From a candidate division FCPU426 bacterium (GTDB taxonomy: Bacteria; Oederibacteriota; PGYV01; Palsa-1178): a stretch of 58,721 nt of DNA. Below are positions 52,137-58,721 of the stretch, piece by piece (positions within the stretch are counted from its first letter, which is position 1; every line of letters starts with the position of its first letter). Under the pieces are notes generated by a model. The model searched no databases and was not told the origin of the DNA. It was given only the letters and a program-made list of their open reading frames with translations. A program made the position numbers and the translations under genes. The stretch is taken from assembly GCA_003159495.1 (NCBI GenBank), contig PLPI01000063.1, forward strand, positions 1-58,721, in the 5' to 3' direction.

Positions 52137-52823
52137 GTGGATAAAATATCCCGCGGGCCGGGGCGGATAATGGTTTATATAGTGCATAACTTTTATAAAA
52201 CCCTGTCGTGGCTTTATCTGCATATTTTTCATTTTTATAGGGCGTACAATATCGAAAACATCCCTTCAAAAGGGGGGTTCATCGCGGCCGCCAATCACGC
52301 GAGTTTTCTTGACCCTCCGCTTGTCGGCGTGGCAACTTTCAGGCGGGTTTTCAGGTATATGGCGCGTGACACCCTTTTTAAACTGCCTGTCTGGGGATGG
52401 ATGCTGCTGAATATGGGGGCAATCCCGTTAAAGCGCGGCGCGGTCGACAGAAACGCCTGGGAAAATGTCATAAAATGCCTGAAAGATGGCTGGATAGTGG
52501 CCATGTTTCCCGAGGGTACCAGGACGCCGGACGGGGAAATAAAGCCCGGCAGGGCCGGAACGGGCATGATGGCCTACAGGGCGAAGTGCGGCGTAATACC
52601 GGTTTACATACATAATTCATTCCAAGCCTGGCCCAGGGGGCGCGCGCTTCCCCGTATTTTTACGGCTGTAAAAATTGTTTACGGAAAGCCGGTGACTTTT
52701 GAGGAACAGTTTGCTAAAGAAGAGTCCAAGGAAGTTTACCAGGAAATAACAGACAGGATAATGATTGAGATAAAAAAGCTCAGGGATGATTTTGCCGCCT
52801 CCGGAGCGGGCCGTAAAAAATGA
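52137..52823 (+). CDS. plsC: 1-acyl-sn-glycerol-3-phosphate acyltransferase
   Basis: NHASFLDP (HX4D) and FPEGTRT motifs. GTG start; the internal ATG at 52170 is an alternative. Confidence 0.8.
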   Translation: MDKISRGPGRIMVYIVHNFYKTLSWLYLHIFHFYRAYNIENIPSKGGFIAAANHASFLDPPLVGVATFRRVFRYMARDTLFKLPVWGWMLLNMGAIPLKRGAVDRNAWENVIKCLKDGWIVAMFPEGTRTPDGEIKPGRAGTGMMAYRAKCGVIPVYIHNSFQAWPRGRALPRIFTAVKIVYGKPVTFEEQFAKEESKEVYQEITDRIMIEIKKLRDDFAASGAGRKK

Positions 52824-53683
52824 AGGTTTATGTGGCGGAAGGTTCGGGGTTTTGTTTCGGAGTAAAACGCGCCATGGATATGGCATTTAAATACGCCGTG
52901 AAAAACCGCGGTAAAAAGGTTTATTCACTGCATGAGATTATACACAATCCGCAGGAAGTCGTGCGCCTTGAAAAGGCGGGCGCAAGGCATGTGGAAAAGA
53001 TAAGCTCCATAGAAAAAGGGGCGGCGGCCATAATATCGACGCACGGCGTAACCGGGCTCGAACAAGACAGGCTCAAGGAAAAATGCGGGGGCGTGCTTGA
53101 CACGACCTGCCCTTACGTGAAGAAGATACATAATATAGTAAAAAAGCTGGCGGATGAAAACTACCAGGTTATAATCGCAGGCGATGCGGATCATCTGGAA
53201 GTTAAATCAATCCTCGGGTACGCGGGCGAAGGCGCCGTGGTGGTGGCCTCGGCGCGTGAGGCCTCAAAGCTCAAACTCAGGGAAAAAGTGGGCGTTGTAT
53301 CGCAGACCACGAATAACATGGCGATGTATATCGAGGTGCTCGGCGAGGTACAGAAAAAGGCCTTTGTGAGCAGGTATTCTGAAGTGCGGGCATTCAATAC
53401 CATATGCGACGCGACAAAGAACAGGCAGGCCGCAACGCTTGAACTGGCAAAAAAAGTTGATGTGCTTATAATAGTGGGCGGCAAAAACAGCGCCAACACA
53501 AAAAGGCTTTATGAACTCGGAAAAACAGTGCTGCCCTGGGTTTACCACGTGGAGACGGCTTCCGAGATAAAAAAAGCATGGTTCGCCGGAAAAAAAGCCG
53601 CCGGGGTATCGGCGGGGGCGTCAACACCTGAAAAGGGTATTATTGACGCCGTAAAAAGAATAAAAATGATTGGAGAAAATTGA
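52820..53683 (+). CDS. ispH: 4-hydroxy-3-methylbut-2-enyl diphosphate reductase
   Basis: GFCFGVKRA, TCPYV and NTICDAT (the three Cys ligands); SANTKRL. Confidence 0.95.
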   Translation: MKVYVAEGSGFCFGVKRAMDMAFKYAVKNRGKKVYSLHEIIHNPQEVVRLEKAGARHVEKISSIEKGAAAIISTHGVTGLEQDRLKEKCGGVLDTTCPYVKKIHNIVKKLADENYQVIIAGDADHLEVKSILGYAGEGAVVVASAREASKLKLREKVGVVSQTTNNMAMYIEVLGEVQKKAFVSRYSEVRAFNTICDATKNRQAATLELAKKVDVLIIVGGKNSANTKRLYELGKTVLPWVYHVETASEIKKAWFAGKKAAGVSAGASTPEKGIIDAVKRIKMIGEN

Positions 53684-55290
53684 TGCTTAGAGACGGGATG
53701 ATAATAAAGGGAAAAGTAACGCGCAAATCCGACGGCGATATATTTGTCGACATAGGATATAAGAGCGAGGGAATTATATCAAGGGATGAAACGGCCAAAT
53801 ATTCCTATTACGACGAGCTGGTGGAAGGCGGGGAGATAGACGTCCATGTAAAAAGGGTGGAAACGCCCGAGGGGTTCGTCTCTCTTTCAAAGATAATAGC
53901 CGACAAAAAACTGGTTTTTTCCAGGGTGAAAGCGGCCTTTAAGGACGGCGGATTCATCGAAGGGCATGTTATAAAGGCCGTCAAGGGCGGGTTTATAATA
54001 GATTTTGGCGCGAATGTCACAGCATTCCTGCCCATGTCGCATTCAAAATCCTACGGCGAGGATATCGTGGGAAAAAAGCTGCCGCTGAAAATAATACAGC
54101 TCGACGAGGAAAAAAGGAACGTTGTGGTTTCATACAAGGAATATGTCAATGAAAAGGAAAAGACCGAGACCGAAACTATCACGCGCAATTTTCCCCTGAA
54201 CGAGAAGGCGATGGTGAAAATACTCCAGGCGCTTCCCGACGGCGTTGAAGTCGAAAAAGAAGGGGTCAAAGTGTTTATCCCGATAACCGAACTGTCGTGG
54301 CGCTTTATTTCAAAACCGGGCGACGAGGGGTATAAAGAGGGGGACATGATAGAGGTGCTGGTAATGAACAATGAAAAGGGCAGGGTTGTATTGAGCCCGA
54401 AACGCCTGAGCGACAACCCTTTCAAATCATTTATTGAAACCAACAAACCCGGCGACAGGCTGGACGCGAAGGTCGGTGAAATAATTCCCGAGGGAATCGT
54501 TGTGTCGGTCAGCGACGGCCTTGAGGGGTTTATTCCCGCGGGCGAGCTTTCTTATTTCAGGAGGATAAAGGACCCGGCTGAAATATACAGGGCCGGCGAC
54601 ATTGTTAAAACATGTATCCTGAAAATTGACGAGGCAAAAAACAGGGTGATATTGAGCGTTAAAAGGCTTGAAAAAAATCCATGGAACAACATGGAGGAGC
54701 GCTACCCGGTCGGGGCCAGGGTAATGGGGACGGTAAAAAACATAGTTGAAGGCGACGGCGCCGAAGTGGAGCTTGACGAGAACATAGACGCTTATATTCA
54801 TATATCAAATATCGAATGGAACCAGCCTGCCACAGTGGCGGGAGTTTTAAAGGCGGGGGATAAAAAGGAATTTAAGATTGTTGATATAGACAAGTCCAGG
54901 TACGCCGTATTGCTGGGGCTAAAACAGCTTCACGCGTCCCCCTGGGCGGTATTCGCCTCCAGGTACAAAGAGGGGATTTATCTCGACGCGAAGATAACGG
55001 ACATTGACGACGCCGGAGTGACGGTACTGCTTCCGGAGGGCGTAACCGGGAAGATAGCGGTAAAAAACAGGGCGAAATTGAGGAACGTAAAAGGCGACGT
55101 CATAAAGGTAAAAATATTAAAGATAGAAAAAGAAGCCAAAAAGATATCCCTTTCGGCAAAGGACCTTGAGGCCACTGAAGAGCAGAAACAGCTTGATGAT
55201 TACATGAAATCACACGACCATTCCACCTTCAAACTCAACGATATCATTAATTTTGACGGCAGCAACAAAGAGGAGGAACATGGCAAATAA
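53683..55290 (+). CDS. rpsA: 30S ribosomal protein S1
   Basis: Six S1/OB repeats (G..I.G.V......G..VD.G....G.I). The ATG overlaps the ispH stop (TGATG). Confidence 0.85.
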   Translation: MLRDGMIIKGKVTRKSDGDIFVDIGYKSEGIISRDETAKYSYYDELVEGGEIDVHVKRVETPEGFVSLSKIIADKKLVFSRVKAAFKDGGFIEGHVIKAVKGGFIIDFGANVTAFLPMSHSKSYGEDIVGKKLPLKIIQLDEEKRNVVVSYKEYVNEKEKTETETITRNFPLNEKAMVKILQALPDGVEVEKEGVKVFIPITELSWRFISKPGDEGYKEGDMIEVLVMNNEKGRVVLSPKRLSDNPFKSFIETNKPGDRLDAKVGEIIPEGIVVSVSDGLEGFIPAGELSYFRRIKDPAEIYRAGDIVKTCILKIDEAKNRVILSVKRLEKNPWNNMEERYPVGARVMGTVKNIVEGDGAEVELDENIDAYIHISNIEWNQPATVAGVLKAGDKKEFKIVDIDKSRYAVLLGLKQLHASPWAVFASRYKEGIYLDAKITDIDDAGVTVLLPEGVTGKIAVKNRAKLRNVKGDVIKVKILKIEKEAKKISLSAKDLEATEEQKQLDDYMKSHDHSTFKLNDIINFDGSNKEEEHGK

Positions 55291-55918
55291 AAAAATACCG
55301 CTTCCCACGGTTAACAGGCTGTCGCTTTACCTGAAGTGTTTTTACGACCTTGCCGCGTCCGACGTGGAATATGTCTCCTCGGACCAGGTTGCAACTTCCA
55401 TAGGTTTGAACCCGGCGCAGGTCAGGAAAGACCTCGCCTATTTTGGAAAATTCGGGCGCAGGGGGTTCGGCTACCATGTCGGCCAGTTAAAGGAGCACAT
55501 TTCAAAGATACTCGGAACCCACAGGCAGTGGAAACTCGCGGTCGTGGGCACCGGAAATCTCGGAAGGGCGCTGCTGATGTACCCTGGTTTCCAGATTCGC
55601 GGCTTTAAGGTGGTGGCGGGTTTTGATGTGGATCCCGCAAAAGTCGGCTGGGAACTTGACGGGGTGAGGATATATAACTTTGACGAGCTCGAAAAGATAA
55701 TTAAAAAGGAAAAGATAGATATAGTCATAATAACAACACCCAGGGATTCGCTTGACGCGGTTATGACGAAACTCAGGGGAACCGACATAAAGGGAGTCCT
55801 GAATTTTGCCGGAAAGCATCTGCTGAAGGATTCCAATATAATAGTAAGGAACGTCGACGTTGCGCTGGAACTTGAACAGCTCACGTTTTTTCTGACCAAC
55901 AAACAGGGCAAAGAATAA
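55280..55918 (+). CDS. rex: Redox-sensing transcriptional repressor Rex
   Basis: VNRLSLYLKCFYDL...YVSSDQVA winged helix plus Rossmann motif AVVGTGNLGRAL. The ATG at 55280 follows AGGAGG and overlaps the rpsA end by 11 nt. Confidence 0.9.
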   Translation: MANKKIPLPTVNRLSLYLKCFYDLAASDVEYVSSDQVATSIGLNPAQVRKDLAYFGKFGRRGFGYHVGQLKEHISKILGTHRQWKLAVVGTGNLGRALLMYPGFQIRGFKVVAGFDVDPAKVGWELDGVRIYNFDELEKIIKKEKIDIVIITTPRDSLDAVMTKLRGTDIKGVLNFAGKHLLKDSNIIVRNVDVALELEQLTFFLTNKQGKE

Positions 55919-55959
55919 ACAACCGCCCGGCAGTGGCGGGATAATATACGGAGGCTTTT

Positions 55960-57870
55960 ATGAAGATAGTTTTTAACGGAAAGGAAATCGAGGCGCAGCC
56001 GGGAAAAAGGGCGTCGGAAATTATAAAGGAATCGGGAGCGGATACGGCCGGCGCGCTTGCCGTCAAGTTCAACGGCATGGCGCTGGATATGGGAGCGCCG
56101 CTTAATGAAGACGGCGAATTAAAGGCGCTGACATTCGCCGACGCCGAAGGAAAGGAAATATACTGGCACTCCACGTCCCATTTGATGGCGGCGGCGGTCA
56201 AAAGGTTATATCCCGGGACAAAGGTGGCCATTGGGCCGGCCATTGATGAGGGGTTTTATTATGATTTTGACAGGGAAAAATCATTTACAGAAGAGGACCT
56301 TGTTAAAATAGAGGAAGAGATGAGGAATATTATAAAGGAGAATCCGGCGCTGAAACGTTCGGAGGTATCCAGGGCCGATGCGGTAAAAATGTTTACCGAT
56401 TCGGGGGAAAACTACAAGGTGGAAATACTTGATTCCATAAAGGACCCGGTTTTGACCCTTTATGCCCTTGGTGATTTTACGGATTTATGCCGCGGGCCGC
56501 ATATCGGCCTTGTAAAAAAGATAAAGGCATTCAAACTCACAAGGGTTGCGGGAGCCTACTGGCGCGGGGACGAGAAAAACAAGATGCTCCAGAGGATATA
56601 TGGCATTTCGTTCCCCGAACAGAAAATGCTGGACGATTATTTTAAGGTCCAGGAAGAGGCTAAACAGCGCGACCACAGGAAATTGGGCAAGGAACTTGAC
56701 CTTTATTCGATGCATGAGGAGTACGGGCCGGGGTTAATTTACTGGCACCCCAAGGGCGGTATTATAAGGAAGGAAATCGAGGATTTCTGGCGCGACGAGC
56801 ACTTAAAACGCGGCTATGACCTGATATTTTCCCCTCATGTGGCGAAACTCGACCTCTGGAACACATCGGGGCATACGGGTTTTTACAGGGATTCCATGTA
56901 TCCTCCAATGACAATGGACGAGACGGAATACCAGGTAAAGCCGATGAACTGCCCGTTCCATATACTTATGTATAATAATTCAATGAAGAGCTACCGCGAT
57001 CTGCCGCTGCGCTGGGCGGAGCTGGGCACTGTTTACCGCTATGAAAAATCAGGCACTCTGCACGGCCTCATGAGGGTGAGGGGTTTTACCCAGGATGACG
57101 CCCACCTGTTCATGATGGAGGAACAGCTTGATGAGGAACTCACAAAGCTCATTGAGATAATTCATTTTATACTCAAGACATTCGGGTTCACGGAATTCGA
57201 GACTTATTTAAGCACAAGGCCGAAGGAATTCATCGGCGACCCGAAAGTATGGGAAATATCGGAAGCGGCGCTCAGGAAGGCACTTGAAAAAGCCGGCATC
57301 AAATACGGCGTGGACGAGGGGGGCGGCGCTTTTTACGGGCCCAAGATAGATATAAAGATAAAAGACGCCCTTAACAGGACGTGGCAGTGTTCCACCGTGC
57401 AGGTTGATTTTAACCTCCCGGAACGTTTTGATGTGAATTATATCGGAAGGGACGGCAAACCACACAGGGCCGTGATGATACACCGGGCGCTGTTCGGCTC
57501 GCTTGAGAGGTTCTTTGGCGTGCTAATTGAGCACTACAAAGGGGCCTTCCCGGTATGGCTCTCACCCGTGCAGGTAAAGGTGCTTACGATAACAGAGAGG
57601 AGCTCGCAGGCAGCCGCGGGCATATTGGAAAAACTCCTCTCCGCCGGAATCAGGGTAAAGCTTGATGACGACAACGAGAAGATAGGCGCGAAAATAAGAA
57701 AAGCCGCCATGGAAAAAATACCCTACATGCTCATTCTCGGGGATAAAGAGGCTGAAAACGGCCTTGTCTCCGTAAGGAAAAGGACCGGGGAAGAAACAAA
57801 GGATGTAAAACTGGAAGATTTTATAGATTCGGTTGTGGATAAGATCAGGACAAAGGACCTTAACATATAA
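55960..57870 (+). CDS. thrS: Threonine--tRNA ligase
   Basis: TGS domain, editing-domain HxxxH, and class II motifs (HRKLGKELDLY; FRYE.SG.LHGLMRVRGFTQDDAH; GGGAFYGPKID). Confidence 0.95.
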   Translation: MKIVFNGKEIEAQPGKRASEIIKESGADTAGALAVKFNGMALDMGAPLNEDGELKALTFADAEGKEIYWHSTSHLMAAAVKRLYPGTKVAIGPAIDEGFYYDFDREKSFTEEDLVKIEEEMRNIIKENPALKRSEVSRADAVKMFTDSGENYKVEILDSIKDPVLTLYALGDFTDLCRGPHIGLVKKIKAFKLTRVAGAYWRGDEKNKMLQRIYGISFPEQKMLDDYFKVQEEAKQRDHRKLGKELDLYSMHEEYGPGLIYWHPKGGIIRKEIEDFWRDEHLKRGYDLIFSPHVAKLDLWNTSGHTGFYRDSMYPPMTMDETEYQVKPMNCPFHILMYNNSMKSYRDLPLRWAELGTVYRYEKSGTLHGLMRVRGFTQDDAHLFMMEEQLDEELTKLIEIIHFILKTFGFTEFETYLSTRPKEFIGDPKVWEISEAALRKALEKAGIKYGVDEGGGAFYGPKIDIKIKDALNRTWQCSTVQVDFNLPERFDVNYIGRDGKPHRAVMIHRALFGSLERFFGVLIEHYKGAFPVWLSPVQVKVLTITERSSQAAAGILEKLLSAGIRVKLDDDNEKIGAKIRKAAMEKIPYMLILGDKEAENGLVSVRKRTGEETKDVKLEDFIDSVVDKIRTKDLNI

Positions 57871-57872
57871 TT

Positions 57873-58721
57873 ATGGCAAAGAATAAGACGCTTTTTTCAT
57901 GTTCCTCGTGCGGAGCCTCGTCGCCCAAGTGGCTGGGAAAATGCCCGGTATGCGGCGAGTTCAACACTTACTCAGAGGAAACGCTCATTGAAAAGAAAAA
58001 ATCCGCTGAGTACCGCGGGTTCGACAATGGAAAGCTTACGAGCCTGGAGGATATAAATATAACCGACAGCGAGCGGCTGAAAACCGGCATGGAGGAGCTC
58101 GACCGCGTTTTTGGCGGCGGCATAGTCAGGGGTTCCATGGTGCTTTTAGGCGGCGAGCCGGGCGCGGGAAAATCGACGCTTGCTTTAAAAATGGCGGATA
58201 TGGTTTCGGCCGCGGGAAAGGTCCTTTACATATCCGGGGAAGAATCCCTGGAACAGATAAAGTTAAGGGCCGTTAGGACAAAGGTATCCTCCAAAAACAT
58301 AATGCTGGCCACGGAGACGGGCGTGGAGAAAATAACGGCCATGATAGAAAAAGAGATGCCCGTGCTTGCCATAATAGATTCGATTCAGACAGTTTTTAAG
58401 GAGGACATTGACGCGGCGGCGGGGACTGTCAGCCAGATAAAGGAGTCCTGCGCCCAGCTGATGTACGCGGCAAAAAAGACGGGTGTGGCCATAATGATAA
58501 TAGGCCATGTGACAAAGGACGGCATGATAGCCGGGCCGAAAATACTCGAACACATGGTGGATGCGGTCATGTATTTTGAGGCAGAGAAATATTACCAGTT
58601 TAAAATATTAAGGGCCGTAAAAAACAGGTTCGGCTCCACGAATGAAATAGGAATATTCGAGATGGGCGGCGGGGGGATAAAGGAAATAAAGAGCCCTTCA
58701 AAGGTCCTGCTCGACGGATTA
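57873..58721 (+). CDS. radA: DNA repair protein RadA/Sms, 3'-truncated by the window edge (not in the ORF track because no stop is reached)
   Basis: My translation from the ATG at 57873 gives MAKNKTLFSCSSCGASSPKWLGKCPVCGEFNT (zinc finger), Walker A GGEPGAGKST, and KNRFGSTNE near the window end. Confidence 0.9.
   Translation, partial: MAKNKTLFSCSSCGASSPKWLGKCPVCGEFNTYSEETLIEKKKSAEYRGFDNGKLTSLEDINITDSERLKTGMEELDRVFGGGIVRGSMVLLGGEPGAGKSTLALKMADMVSAAGKVLYISGEESLEQIKLRAVRTKVSSKNIMLATETGVEKITAMIEKEMPVLAIIDSIQTVFKEDIDAAAGTVSQIKESCAQLMYAAKKTGVAIMIIGHVTKDGMIAGPKILEHMVDAVMYFEAEKYYQFKILRAVKNRFGSTNEIGIFEMGGGGIKEIKSPSKVLLDGL

Noticed and set aside
55919-55959. Possible T-box or attenuator leaders before thrS, alaS, hisD or trpE.
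   Set aside because: The spacers are only 9-41 nt, far too short for T-box or leader-peptide attenuators. No specifier or T-box sequence is present.

Overview
This 58.7 kb chromosomal segment is compact and almost entirely coded on the + strand; only two genes are on the - strand. All calls rest on motif recognition in the supplied translations and on reading the DNA by eye. No database search was run.

The organism looks like an uncultivated diderm bacterium. It has many signal-peptide or beta-barrel-like proteins and a T9SS-type C-terminal sorting domain, and its G+C is mid-range.

Most of the window is ordinary core metabolism and information processing. Gene order:
- a 5'-truncated Thr-X repeat surface protein
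- FAD-linked oxidase, HD-GYP phosphodiesterase, parA-parB
- a small membrane protein (- strand)
- recX-alaS-ruvX-mltG, an exported protein, rnr
- a FadL/PorV-like barrel fused to TPR, then an RsbW-like/HAMP/PP2C fusion protein
- hisD-C-B-H-A-F, a two-gene toxin-antitoxin insertion, hisI
- trpE-trpG, a secreted Fn3 protein, a zinc-ribbon/TPR membrane protein
- cvpA (- strand)
- purS-Q-L-F
- a two-gene AT-rich cassette bounded by direct repeats
- kdpF-A-B-C, a KdpD-type kinase module, kdpE, a transmitter-less KdpD sensor module
- a KimA-like K+ transporter
- a second hisC-family aminotransferase, DAHP synthase, tyrA, aroA
- plsC, ispH, rpsA, rex, thrS, and a 3'-truncated radA

I saw no rRNA, tRNA, CRISPR array, transposase or integrase.

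The most unusual part is the K+ homeostasis neighbourhood at about 34.9-47.5 kb:
- A terminator-plus-operator-like module of about 62-90 bp is duplicated around a two-gene cassette, immediately upstream of kdpF.
- The KdpD sensor is split into two genes separated by kdpE, and the membrane/GAF module is present in both.
- A KimA-type transporter follows, with a long leader in which I recognise no known riboswitch.

Other points worth a second look:
- a (Thr-X)n array of more than 300 residues
- a single polypeptide combining an RsbW-like kinase with a PP2C phosphatase
- a BrnT/BrnA-like toxin-antitoxin pair with a near-consensus promoter inserted between hisF and hisI
- a perfect 16-bp palindrome between the DAHP synthase gene and tyrA

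I cannot show that any of these is a new system. Each is listed with the test that would decide it.
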